Of a stretch of 64,000 nt of DNA, positions 20,985 to 30,503 are shown one piece after another (the stretch's first letter is position 1; each line of letters begins with the position of its first letter). Location of the stretch: NCBI GenBank assembly GCA_031291845.1, contig JARLIH010000138.1:1-64000 (forward strand), read 5' to 3'. Made by a program: the position numbers and the translations under genes. Source of the DNA: Isosphaeraceae bacterium (GTDB lineage Bacteria; Planctomycetota; Planctomycetia; Isosphaerales; Isosphaeraceae). Under the pieces are notes generated by a model. It was given only the letters and a program-made list of their open reading frames with translations. It was not told where the DNA came from and ran no database searches.

Positions 20985-21878
20985 GTGTCTTCATTAACGA
21001 CGCGCCTTCGCCGGAGAACCGGCTCGCACACCGGCGCGCACAATTCCGGGACGATCGGGCTCCTGGCCGGCAGCGGCCGGTTTCCCATCTTGTTCGCCGA
21101 GGCCGCGCGACGGCACGGCCTCAAGGTGGCCTGCGTGGGGGTGCGTTATGAGGCCCCCGACGAGCTCCGCTCGCTCTGCGAATCGTTCGAGCTGGTCGGG
21201 GTATCGAAGCTCGGCGGGATGATCCGCGCCTTCAAGCGCCGTCGCGTGCAGCGGATCGTGATGGCGGGCAAGGTGACCAAGAGCGTGATGTACACGCCTT
21301 GGCGTTTCCTCCAGCTCTGCCCCGACTTTCGAATGATCCATATGTGGTACCGGACGTGTCGCCACGATAAACGGGACGACTCGATCCTGCTTGGAGTCAT
21401 CGCCGAATTTGAACGCGACGGAATGACGTTCGCCTCGGCCTTGGATTATTGCCCGGAGCTACTCGTGAACGAAGGACTACTGACCCGGCGGGCGCCGACG
21501 AGCGCGGAGTTGAAAGACATCGAATTCGGCTGGGCGCTCGCCAAGGAGATGGGACGCCTGGACGTGGGCCAGTCGGTCGCCGTCAAGGAGCGAGCCGCCC
21601 TTGCCGTTGAGGCAATCGAGGGGACCGACCGTTGTATTGAGCGCGCCGGCCAGCTCTGTCGCGCTGGCGGGTGGACGCTCGTCAAGGTCGCGAAGCCTCA
21701 ACAGGACATGCGCTTCGACGTTCCGACGGTGGGCGTCTCGACGATCGAGAACCTGCACAAGGCGAAAGCGCAGATCCTGGCGATCGAGGCCGGCAAGACG
21801 ATCGTCATCGACCAGCCTGAGGTCGTCGCGCTGGCGAACCGTTATGGGATCACGATCATCGCGCTGCCGAACCAGTAG
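20985..21878 (+). CDS. lpxI: UDP-2,3-diacylglucosamine pyrophosphatase LpxI (DUF1009)
   Basis: IGLLAGSGRFPILFAEAARRHGLKV resembles the LpxI N-terminal domain. The C-terminal DVGQSVAVKERAALAVEAIEGTDRCIERAG resembles the LpxI C-terminal domain. It lies 68 nt downstream of lpxD. GTG start at 20985. Confidence 0.75.
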   Translation: MSSLTTRLRRRTGSHTGAHNSGTIGLLAGSGRFPILFAEAARRHGLKVACVGVRYEAPDELRSLCESFELVGVSKLGGMIRAFKRRRVQRIVMAGKVTKSVMYTPWRFLQLCPDFRMIHMWYRTCRHDKRDDSILLGVIAEFERDGMTFASALDYCPELLVNEGLLTRRAPTSAELKDIEFGWALAKEMGRLDVGQSVAVKERAALAVEAIEGTDRCIERAGQLCRAGGWTLVKVAKPQQDMRFDVPTVGVSTIENLHKAKAQILAIEAGKTIVIDQPEVVALANRYGITIIALPNQ

Positions 21879-21910
21879 CCGGAAGAACACGGAACGAGCC
21901 TGAGCGCCCG

Positions 21911-22717
21911 CTAGGCGACCTCGGGCGTTGCACCCTCTTGCTGCACTTTGAGCTGTGGCTGCACTTCGACCTTTGGCTGTCCCTCCTCGACCGCCTTGAT
22001 AATGACCTCGGCGGCGATGGGGAGGCCAAGGCTGTTAGAGTCGAGCACGAGGTCGTAGTTGTGCGGGTCGGTGCAATCGGCCCGGTACATCGTGCGCTCG
22101 AACTGGTTCCGCCGGCGGTCGAGGTCGCGAGCGGCACGGCGCGCTGTACGGACCGAGACCCCCATCCGTTCCGCCAGCCTGACCGCGCGAACTTTCAAGG
22201 GGGCGATCACCCGCACGGAGAGGGTCTCTTCTCGCGGCAATTGGAAGCATGCGCCTCGGCCGACGATCAGCGAGTTCCCGGCGCGCCCGATCGCCTCGAT
22301 GAGCTTCGCCAGGTGGTCGAGATAAGCCTCCTGCGGTGCGTAGTGCTCCTCGCGGAGGGGCAGGATCCAGTCCTGCACGACGCTCGGGGCGAGCTCGTCA
22401 AAGACCTTGACGTCGTCGACCGGCAGCTCCATCCGCTGTGCAATGGCGTCGAGCAGTTCGTGATCGTAGACCTTCCAGCCGAGTCGCCCGCCGACGGTCC
22501 GGGCGATTGTGCCCCCTCCCGCACCTGCCTCCCGGCTGATGCAAACTACTCGAAAGCGCGGGGTCGTCGTGCCCGGGTTCGCGATCTCGCGCGGACTCGT
22601 TCCCCGGCCCAAAAGCCAGCGCGCAACGTTTCCCGGCCAGGACCGCATACCTCCTGGCTCCTGCGCTTCGGTCGTGAAGTCGTGGTCGTTCGACCGCATG
22701 CGAGCTCCTCGTCCCAC
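21911..22717 (-). CDS. Cytidylate-kinase-like family P-loop protein
   Basis: VVCISREAGAGGGTIARTVGGRLGWKVYDHELL is the Walker-A region of cytidylate-kinase-like AAA proteins. The start is uncertain, with candidate Met codons at 22717, 22699 and 22648. Confidence 0.65.
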   Translation of the reverse strand: MGRGARMRSNDHDFTTEAQEPGGMRSWPGNVARWLLGRGTSPREIANPGTTTPRFRVVCISREAGAGGGTIARTVGGRLGWKVYDHELLDAIAQRMELPVDDVKVFDELAPSVVQDWILPLREEHYAPQEAYLDHLAKLIEAIGRAGNSLIVGRGACFQLPREETLSVRVIAPLKVRAVRLAERMGVSVRTARRAARDLDRRRNQFERTMYRADCTDPHNYDLVLDSNSLGLPIAAEVIIKAVEEGQPKVEVQPQLKVQQEGATPEVA

Positions 22718-22944
22718 CTGCGTCCTTCACGCCAGTCTAGAGCTTGTCGCCGTGAAAGAAAAGTCGGACACGTCCCCGGCCTCGCTGGCTTGTAACGCTT
22801 ACAAAAGAAAAACCCGTGTCGGGAACGCCGCGTTTTTCATTTTTTCCTCAAGTTGCGAGCCTACTGCTGTTTCCGGACCGCGCTCGCGGGCGTTCGGCGA
22901 CGACGGCACGGGCTTTGCCTTAAACCGGGTGGCGAGGCCGACGG

Positions 22945-23193
22945 ATGGACGACAAAGACCATGGACCGAGGGACCGCGACCCCATGAAAGACCGGCGACA
23001 GACGCTGCTGTGGATGAAAGACCTGATCGAACACATGAACTGCTGCCACGAGCAGCTCCAGTGGGCCGCGGACGGCCCGTCGGAAAGCTACCTGGCGGAG
23101 TCGATGCTCGTGGACCTGACCCAGTGCCAGCGCCTCTGCGAGGAGTTACGCGCTGGCCCCCGTAAGGGACGAGCGCTGGCGGCCACTGCGTGA
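22945..23193 (+). CDS. Hypothetical small Cys-rich protein of 82 aa (MNCCHEQLQW...TQCQRLCEEL)
   Basis: ORF in the divergent promoter region with GC-rich third positions and a CCH...C...C cluster that could bind zinc. I recognise no homolog. Confidence 0.35.
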   Translation: MDDKDHGPRDRDPMKDRRQTLLWMKDLIEHMNCCHEQLQWAADGPSESYLAESMLVDLTQCQRLCEELRAGPRKGRALAATA

Positions 23194-23275
23194 GCGGTGT
23201 CCAGTGGTTTCGAGTGCGTCTTTCGTATAAAAGAATGGCGTTGCTCCGAACGACCACCCCGTCGAGAACGTCCCG

Positions 23276-24070
23276 ATGAGCCGTGCAGCCCCCGTGCCCA
23301 GGGCGGAATTCCAGGTTGACCAGCTACGCGTCCTCGTCTTTGAAGACCGCGCCCAGATGGGCCGGGCAGCCGCGGCGGCGGTTGCCCGGTCCATTGCGGC
23401 GCGCCAGGGCGTTGCGGCACGCACCAACGTCGTCTTCGCCGCGGCACAGAGTCAGAATGAACTCCTGACGGCCTTGATCGCCCACTCGGAGATCGACTGG
23501 TCGCGCGTCGTCGCCTTCCATATGGACGAGTATCTCGGCATCGACGCCGACCACCCCGCCTCGTTCCGGCGCTACCTTCAAGAACACCTGTTCCGGCTCG
23601 CCGGTCTCAAAGATGACCAGCTTCGGCTGATCCCGGGCGAACAGACGCAGAGTCCCCTGCGCACCTGTCTCGAATACGAAGAACGGCTCCGAGCTGAGCC
23701 GCCCGACATCGTGTGCGCGGGGATCGGTGAGAATGGGCACCTTGCGTTCAACGATCCGCCGGTCGCCGACTTCCTCGACCCCGTCCTCGTCAAGGTCGTG
23801 CGGATGGACGAGGCATGCCGGCGCCAGCAGTTCCATGAGAGCTGCTTCGACCGAATCGAGGACATCCCAACCCATGGTTACACGATGACGGTCCCCGCCC
23901 TATTGGCGGCACCCGTTGTCTCCGTGGTCGTCCCCGGCGCAAGAAAGGCCGAGGCCGTGCTCGCGACTCTGCGCGGGCCGATCGGCGAGGCCTGCCCGGC
24001 TTCCGCACTCAGGAGACACCCCGGGGCGGTGCTCTACACGGACCGAGATGCGGCGCGTCTGGTTGTCTAA
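23276..24070 (+). CDS. Glucosamine-6-phosphate deaminase / 6-phosphogluconolactonase family protein (NagB-like)
   Basis: VVAFHMDEYLG and GIGENGHLAFNDP are conserved NagB/Pgl-fold motifs. Confidence 0.75.
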   Translation: MSRAAPVPRAEFQVDQLRVLVFEDRAQMGRAAAAAVARSIAARQGVAARTNVVFAAAQSQNELLTALIAHSEIDWSRVVAFHMDEYLGIDADHPASFRRYLQEHLFRLAGLKDDQLRLIPGEQTQSPLRTCLEYEERLRAEPPDIVCAGIGENGHLAFNDPPVADFLDPVLVKVVRMDEACRRQQFHESCFDRIEDIPTHGYTMTVPALLAAPVVSVVVPGARKAEAVLATLRGPIGEACPASALRRHPGAVLYTDRDAARLVV

Positions 24071-24078
24071 CGAACAGC

Positions 24079-25818
24079 TCAACGCCGCACGGTGCCGTCA
24101 ACGTCGTCGACATCGGGTCGATCACGAACGAGGCGCGACGAGATTTCCAGGACCGCTTTCGGATCCTGGCCGCGTTTGGGAACGAAGTCATAGACGAGGT
24201 AGAGGTTGTCCCAGACGATCCGCTCGGAACGGCCCGTTCCGCTGAGCGGATAGCGTTCGACTCCACGCAGCTCGTAGGAACGCAACATCTCGGTTAGCCA
24301 TTCGCGGAACAGCGGACTCTTGTCGGGCTGCTCATTGAAAAACACGAAGCGCAAGGGATGCTTTGCCGACACGGTCTCGAGCCGCGAAGGGCGAGAGAGA
24401 TGGTGGCGAGGCGAGTAGATTCGTTGGTAGCAGAGATACGTGTCCGTGGAGTCCTTCGTCCAGTGGGCGGGCTGGAAGGCGACCCCCAGGTCCGCCTTCG
24501 GGCAAAGGAGCTCGGCGTGCCTCGATTGTTCCGACCAGAACCAGCGCGCGAAGCCGCGATGGCGCTCGTCGTCAGGCCCCTTGTAAGGGTGCGAGAGGTC
24601 GTAGCCCATGCGCCCAAGGCCGAAGACAGCGAGTAGCCCGCAGAAGCCCCAGAGCGCGAGACGGTGCGTGCCGGGGCCACGAAGCCTGGCCAACAGCAAC
24701 GCCGCACCGAGCCCTGACAGCAAGCAGATCGCCGGCGCCACGTATTGCATCGTCCGCGCGCTCATGCCGTACGGATAGCGGTGCAGTGCCGCGGCGATGA
24801 GCGCCAGCCCGAACGGGGCAAGACAGAACGCCAGGACGGTCCATCGCCCGCGCTTCCAGAGCGCTGTCGCGGCAATGACAAAGCAGGCAAATGTCAATAC
24901 GCTCGCACCACGCTCTCCCCCTTCGGGATAGGCGAACATGTAGCCCGTGTTCGTTGTGAAGAACCAGGCAACGAGCTTCCACACACTGTCGAGCGGCGGG
25001 AATGCCGGAGACCAGTCGTGGTGGAAGTAGGCATGGTCCTGCGGCGCGGTTCGATAAAAACGGAGCAAGCCAAGAAACGTGAGAATGACCGCCCCGTTGA
25101 AAAGGGAGTAGGCCAGCCACACTCCCCGGCGCCTCGCGCGCCAGATCGAAGGGAACAAACCAAGACTGACTCCGCCGAGCACGAAAATGGCCGGAAACGA
25201 TAGCCCGACGGCGAACGGGGCCACAGCCGCCAGCGCGCAAAGCCATACCACACGTTCGGGACGCCGCCACCATTCGATTGCTAGGGCGAGAACCACCAGC
25301 GCGACGAGCAGGTCCGATGCGTACGGCTTGACCTCTCCCACGTACCTCAGCGGCCAGCTCGAGACCGCAAAGATCGCCACGGCGCATAGCAGCGCCTCTC
25401 CGCGCACGATGCGCCCGGCGACGTGCCGGAAAAGAAGCACGCCGCCGATCCCGCACAAGAACGGGAAGAGCCGCAAGCTCGACTCGCTAAAGCCGAATAA
25501 CTTGACCGCCGTCAACTCCACGAACAGAAAGAGGACCGGACACACTTGCCGGTAATCCAGCGGTTGCAGCAACTCTCGGTAGCTGCGATCGAGGAAGTTG
25601 GCGGCGAGCATCGTCTCGTCGCACCAGAGCGGGAAGTTCAGGAGATACCGCACCGCTCTTAAGAGGACGCCGAGTGCGACAAAGCCGGTGATTGCGAGTG
25701 CCAGCGACTTCTCGTCGGCGATCGGCGGCAATGAGAAAGGTTGATGCACGGCGATCGCGGCATCCGGCCGATCCGCGAGCGGCTCGCTCGTGGCGGAGTG
25801 ACGAGAGTGCTGTTCCAT
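24079..25818 (-). CDS. Polytopic membrane glycosyltransferase, ArnT/PMT-like (GT39/GT83 type, lipid-linked sugar donor)
   Basis: More than 10 predicted TM helices. A CDETML motif sits in the first periplasmic loop. Size and hydropathy resemble ArnT/PMT family enzymes. Confidence 0.6.
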   Translation of the reverse strand: MEQHSRHSATSEPLADRPDAAIAVHQPFSLPPIADEKSLALAITGFVALGVLLRAVRYLLNFPLWCDETMLAANFLDRSYRELLQPLDYRQVCPVLFLFVELTAVKLFGFSESSLRLFPFLCGIGGVLLFRHVAGRIVRGEALLCAVAIFAVSSWPLRYVGEVKPYASDLLVALVVLALAIEWWRRPERVVWLCALAAVAPFAVGLSFPAIFVLGGVSLGLFPSIWRARRRGVWLAYSLFNGAVILTFLGLLRFYRTAPQDHAYFHHDWSPAFPPLDSVWKLVAWFFTTNTGYMFAYPEGGERGASVLTFACFVIAATALWKRGRWTVLAFCLAPFGLALIAAALHRYPYGMSARTMQYVAPAICLLSGLGAALLLARLRGPGTHRLALWGFCGLLAVFGLGRMGYDLSHPYKGPDDERHRGFARWFWSEQSRHAELLCPKADLGVAFQPAHWTKDSTDTYLCYQRIYSPRHHLSRPSRLETVSAKHPLRFVFFNEQPDKSPLFREWLTEMLRSYELRGVERYPLSGTGRSERIVWDNLYLVYDFVPKRGQDPKAVLEISSRLVRDRPDVDDVDGTVRR

Positions 25819-26021
25819 CGGAGGGCGACATCCCGTGTCCTGTCCCGCGCCATTCCGTGGCGCCGGAGGAGGCCGGCAATATCACTCATTTTCGACGATC
25901 GTGCAACGGGAAGAGCGGCCGGCGGAAAATCGCGGTGGTGCACCCGGTACGGTGTTCTCCGCTCGGTCCCGCCGGCTCTGGCGGTTCGTTCGAGTGATCG
26001 CGCCTCGACCGAGGTCGCTTC

Positions 26022-27445
26022 TCATTCGGGCAGGGGGTGCCCCTTCGTCTCGGGGGCGAAGGGCAATGCGACGAGACCGAGCAGGAACACGGAGCACATC
26101 GCCACACCCGCGTACCGCATCGGCTCGTTGTATCCCCGAAAGACGTCGCTCGTCAGAAATCCGAGCGTGAACGGACCGGCGGCGGCAACGAGCCGGCCGA
26201 CGTTGTAGCAGAAGGACGTGCCCGTGCTGCGGAGGCGTGTCGGGAACAGCTCCGGCAGGTAAATCGCGTAACCGCCAAACAACGCGAGTTGGCAGAAGCC
26301 CATGATCGTGACGAGCAAGAACACGTCGTAGAAGCCGAAGAGCCGGCCCATGAACCAGAATGTGAATGCCGTCGCCAGTAGTGCGAGGACGAACGAGATC
26401 GCGAACGTCGGCTTTCGTCCCAGACGGTGCGTCACGAAGCTGAAGGCGTTGATACCCAGGAACGCCCCGAAGTTCTGAAAGAGAAACGCGACTCCGACGA
26501 AGAATGTGATCTTGCCCGAGAGGACTTTTTCCGGCAGCCCCTGGCCCTCGTACGCCTTCCGGAAGACCGACCGCATCAGGTCGGGGCTGAAAAACCCGAT
26601 GCCCCAAAGACCGACGACGCCAGAGAACGCGAGCAGCATCCCGACGATCGTGTTCCGACGCCACCGCGGCACGCCAAAGAGTTCGGCGAACGATCCGGCA
26701 GCCGGCCCGTCTGCCACAAGTCCCTCTTCCCGCTCGGCCTTCCGTCGGGCGACGGCCTGCTTCCACTTTTCGGGCTCTTTGAGCCAGAGAAAGATCGGCA
26801 CAACGAGCAGCGCCGGGACGACGCCGATCAGGAACGTGGCGCGCCACGCCGTCCCGATCGCCCCCGACTCTTCCATCTTGCCCAGAAAAATGTAAATCAC
26901 GGCCGCCATCATGTTGCCGATCGCTGACAACGCTTGCAGCAGTCCGAGTGCAAAGGGTCGCGCCCGGTCGCTCACGGTCTCCGCGACGAGCGCGACCCCC
27001 ACGGCGAATTCGCCGCCGACGCCCAGCCCCGTGAGGAAGCGGTAGACCGCGAAGTCGTATACGCCTACCGAAAGGGCGCTGAGGCCCGTGAATGCGGCGT
27101 AGAGGAAGATCGTGAGCATCATCGTCTTCGCCCGGCCCAGCCGATCGCCCACGACGCCGAAGATGAGTCCGCCGATGGCCCAGCCGATCATGAAGACCGA
27201 GGTCGCGGCGCCGCTCACCAGGTCGACTTTGCCACTCATCGACTTGTCGGTCGCGGTCGTCCCGAGCAGTTGCGTGATCGCCGGTTTCCGCGCCAGGTTG
27301 AAGAGCTGCTGGTCCATCGTGTCGAAGAGCCAACCGAGGGCGGCAACAATCAGAACGAACCAGTGATAGCGCGTCATCTCGCGATACCAGGGACCGGCAT
27401 CCACATAGGCGGACGGGGCAGCGATGGCCGAGTCGTCAAAATGCA
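26022..27445 (-). CDS. MFS transporter
   Basis: 12-TM pattern with a GxLxDRxGRR-like motif (VGDRLGRAKT). The ORF was trimmed to MHFDDSAIA. Confidence 0.8.
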
Positions 27446-27644
27446 TGAATTGGCTCTCCGGGAATCGATCGAACGGGGCGGGTTGTGGCCCGTCCCTGTC
27501 GCAAGACGTCAGTCTGGACGAGACGGCGGCGGGTTGAATCGTTACCGAAGATAACACGACGGGGCCGCCGTTGCCGCTATCGGGCCTGAGAGAAATCGCC
27601 ACGCCGTCTCGTGGCCAGTCGGAACGTTCGCTAAGATCGAGTCG

Positions 27645-30503
27645 ATGCGAAACGCCATCGCCGCAACGCTGACCGTCCAGTTCGTTGTAGTCGCCGGTCT
27701 CTTGCTTGCGATACGTTCGGGCACAGTGCCGTTAGGGGTAGCGGGGGAATGGGAGTGGCTGCGTCTCCCCCGGACCATCGCGCCAACGGCCACCGGCGTC
27801 GCGCTCGCGCTCGTCGGTATTGGATCGCTCGGGGTTTTCGCTGCGGCGGGTTGGCGTTCGTTGGGGCGAAAGGCGACACCGTTTCGTGAAGGGGCGTGGG
27901 TCACCGCGCTATTCGTTCTTTCGCTGCTCACCCAGATGCTTGTGCCCAGCGGTGCGCCGGAGGCTTACGACCTCGCGCGTTGGGCCAACGTCCCGTTCTT
28001 CGCCGCGTCTTCGGGCTATTACCAGGTTGCGCGGACGGAAATCCGGGATCCGTGGCGGTTCCTGGCCGACTACCCCGACTGGATCAAGCACCAGGACGCC
28101 CTGCACATCGGCACTCATCCCCCGGGCTTGTTTGTGGTGGAGCACGGCCTGTTGCGGGTGATGACGACGAATCCCCGCACCGCGGAATGTGTCGTGGCGG
28201 CGATGCCGTGGCCGGTGCAAGGGGGGCTCGCGTTCCTGGGACGGCTCTACTCACTCCCGATCGCCGACCGGGCCGCGCTGGCGCTGACAGCCGCCTTGAC
28301 CGTCTTTGGGTGCGCGGCGACCGTCGTGCCGCTCTATCTCCTTGCCCGCGTCCATATGCCGGCTCCGACGGCCTGGATGGCGGCATGTCTCTGGCCCCTG
28401 GTCCCATCCACGCTGCTCTTCCAGCCGGTCACCGACACGGCGTTCCCACTCCTCTCGGCGACCTCCCTCATGCTCGCGTCCCGGGCAACGTCCGCACGTG
28501 CGGGCAACGCCCTGGCGCTCGCGGCCGGGGTCATCCTGGGAGTGGGGATGATGTTCACGCTCGCGTTCTTGCCCGTCGGCCTCATCGTGGGCATCGTCCT
28601 GGTCACGGCTCCCGGCACGACGTTGCGGCGACGGGTGTTGCTCGTGGCAAGCACAGGGGTGGGGTTTCTCGGCCTCACTCTGATCGCCTGGTCGATCAGC
28701 CGCGCGGACCCATTCGTCATCTGGTGGTGGAACCTTCGGAATCATTCCCGCTTTTACGTCGAGTACCCCCGGAGCTATGGCGCGTGGGTTCTCGTGAACC
28801 CGGTGGAGTTCGCCACGGGTCTGGGTCTCCCGGTGGTCGTGTGGGCCATCCTTGGTTACTGGAAATGCCGCGAGGCACCACGCGTCAGTTGGGCGACACT
28901 CGCGGTGCTCGTTTTGATGAACTTCAGCGGGAAGAATTTGAGCGAAGTGGGGCGGCTTTGGCTCCCGTTCATGCCCCCGTTCTGTGTCGCCGCGGCAGAC
29001 GGGATGATGCGTTTAAGGGCAGGAGGCAAGACGCTCGCGCTGACACTCGTCTTGCTGGGCGCGCAATCCCTCGCGATGGAATCTCTGATCCAGGTCGTTT
29101 ATCCCATCGTTCCGGGAGCCGCGGCGTCGGATGCCGGGTCACAAAAACACGTGCGTGAGACGGACGCCCAGCTCCGTGTCGATCTGGACCAGCTCACCGC
29201 GCGCGACGAGTCGCCCACCCGACGTCAGCTCGACGGGCGCGCGGCTGTGCCGGCCAAGCTCGATGACATCCCCCGGCTTGAGGTCCGCCAGGCGGCTCAG
29301 GGAGAGGTTCACACGTCCCAGCTCGACCACGAGGGTGACGGGGACCTCCGCCGGCGCCACGCCGCCGACGCCTGGGCTGGGTGCGGATTCGGACGAGGGG
29401 TTCACGGCGATCGCCTCCCGGGGCTTGAGTTCTCGTTGCAGGGGAGCAGTCAATCTCAAACGGCCTCCGCCGGAAAGCGGCAGCGGCTCGGCCGGGAACC
29501 AGCAGCGCTCGCCCCGATCCGAGAACGAGGCGGCCAGCGCGACGGCCCCGGCGAGGTTTTGAGGCGTTCCACGAAGCGGCGAATCCGTGAGCGGCAAGAT
29601 GGCCCCCGCACGGAACCTCGCGAGCCCTCGGGGCAAGATCAACACGCCCGCCTCGGCACACCACTGCGTGCTGAGTGTGCCGAAACGATCACTGGCCAGG
29701 TTCAGGTCGTCGGCAAGACGCGGCTCAGGGCCGTCGAGCCACTGGGCCACGAGCGCCTCGGGAACCCACAGGCGCGCGGAGCTGGCCAGCGAACCGAGCC
29801 GTACAGGCCACCGCAGCGTGACGAGCGCGCCGACGTCGCTCGGATCGAACGGGTCGGGGCCGACTCGGTCGATCACGATGTCCCAATCGCCGAGCACTCC
29901 CGGTTCCGTTGCGAGCTCTTGAAGCGAGCGTGCCACGACGAACGTCAAGATTCCCCACTCGACGGGCGTCAACTGCAGCCGGCTCTCTTCCTCGGCACGG
30001 TTATATCCGAGCAGGCGATCCACCAGCGCGTGCGCCAAGGGATTTTCGAGTCCGAGGGCAAACTTGGTCGCATACCGTGGCCAAGAAAACTGGGCCACGA
30101 GCCCGGACCGTTTCAGCCCGGAGGCCCGCCAAAGGACCTCGACCCGATCCGGTGTCATCTCCGCGCCTGTCCAGCGCTGGAGCCACCGGCACGCGCCCGG
30201 CAAGGTGCCGGGAGCCAGAACCCGGGAAAGCTTCCGGCCCAGTTGGACTCCGCGGTGAGAGAGTCGCGGCAACGGCCCCAGCGGGCCAGCGTCGGAGACC
30301 CATCGATCGTCATCCTCCGGGTCGGCGGCAAGCTTGCTCGCAGCGCGATTCACGCGACGTCCTCCGGCTTGCACGTCCACAACCCTTCGTCGCGTAATTG
30401 GTCCGTTGCGACCTGGAGGATTCGCGTCTCCCACTCGACCCAAGCAGCACTCACTTTGGGCTTCGGCGGCATCACGGATCGAACGAACTTGGCGGCCGGA
30501 TAG
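27645..30503 (+). CDS. Polytopic membrane protein, possibly a DUF2029/GT87-like glycosyltransferase. Only the first roughly 490 codons (27645 to about 29140) look like real coding sequence. The ORF has no in-frame stop until 30503 and runs antisense through the convergent FliM/FliN-like gene.
   Basis: Hydrophobic TM-rich translation up to ...SLIQVVYPIV near 29110. After that it is Arg-rich and low-complexity, typical of an antisense GC-rich frame. A TGA at 29156 is in a different frame. This may be a frameshift or sequencing error, or a real C-terminal end that I cannot resolve. Confidence 0.45.
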   Translation: MRNAIAATLTVQFVVVAGLLLAIRSGTVPLGVAGEWEWLRLPRTIAPTATGVALALVGIGSLGVFAAAGWRSLGRKATPFREGAWVTALFVLSLLTQMLVPSGAPEAYDLARWANVPFFAASSGYYQVARTEIRDPWRFLADYPDWIKHQDALHIGTHPPGLFVVEHGLLRVMTTNPRTAECVVAAMPWPVQGGLAFLGRLYSLPIADRAALALTAALTVFGCAATVVPLYLLARVHMPAPTAWMAACLWPLVPSTLLFQPVTDTAFPLLSATSLMLASRATSARAGNALALAAGVILGVGMMFTLAFLPVGLIVGIVLVTAPGTTLRRRVLLVASTGVGFLGLTLIAWSISRADPFVIWWWNLRNHSRFYVEYPRSYGAWVLVNPVEFATGLGLPVVVWAILGYWKCREAPRVSWATLAVLVLMNFSGKNLSEVGRLWLPFMPPFCVAAADGMMRLRAGGKTLALTLVLLGAQSLAMESLIQVVYPIVPGAAASDAGSQKHVRETDAQLRVDLDQLTARDESPTRRQLDGRAAVPAKLDDIPRLEVRQAAQGEVHTSQLDHEGDGDLRRRHAADAWAGCGFGRGVHGDRLPGLEFSLQGSSQSQTASAGKRQRLGREPAALAPIRERGGQRDGPGEVLRRSTKRRIRERQDGPRTEPREPSGQDQHARLGTPLRAECAETITGQVQVVGKTRLRAVEPLGHERLGNPQARGAGQRTEPYRPPQRDERADVARIERVGADSVDHDVPIAEHSRFRCELLKRACHDERQDSPLDGRQLQPALFLGTVISEQAIHQRVRQGIFESEGKLGRIPWPRKLGHEPGPFQPGGPPKDLDPIRCHLRACPALEPPARARQGAGSQNPGKLPAQLDSAVRESRQRPQRASVGDPSIVILRVGGKLARSAIHATSSGLHVHNPSSRNWSVATWRIRVSHSTQAALTLGFGGITDRTNLAAG
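29139..30158 (-). CDS. FliM/FliN-like switch-complex family protein, SctQ-like, with a C-terminal SpoA (surface presentation of antigens) domain
   Basis: The C-terminus VTLVVELGRVNLSLSRLADLKPGDVIELGRHSRAPVELTSGGRLVARGELVQIDTELGVRLTHVF aligns with the FliN/FliM C-terminal domain. The middle LTPVEWGILTFVVARSLQEL resembles the FliM central region. The ORF extends to 30443. The start was placed at the ATG at 30158 to avoid overlapping the upstream gene. Confidence 0.65.
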   Translation of the reverse strand: MTPDRVEVLWRASGLKRSGLVAQFSWPRYATKFALGLENPLAHALVDRLLGYNRAEEESRLQLTPVEWGILTFVVARSLQELATEPGVLGDWDIVIDRVGPDPFDPSDVGALVTLRWPVRLGSLASSARLWVPEALVAQWLDGPEPRLADDLNLASDRFGTLSTQWCAEAGVLILPRGLARFRAGAILPLTDSPLRGTPQNLAGAVALAASFSDRGERCWFPAEPLPLSGGGRLRLTAPLQRELKPREAIAVNPSSESAPSPGVGGVAPAEVPVTLVVELGRVNLSLSRLADLKPGDVIELGRHSRAPVELTSGGRLVARGELVQIDTELGVRLTHVFL

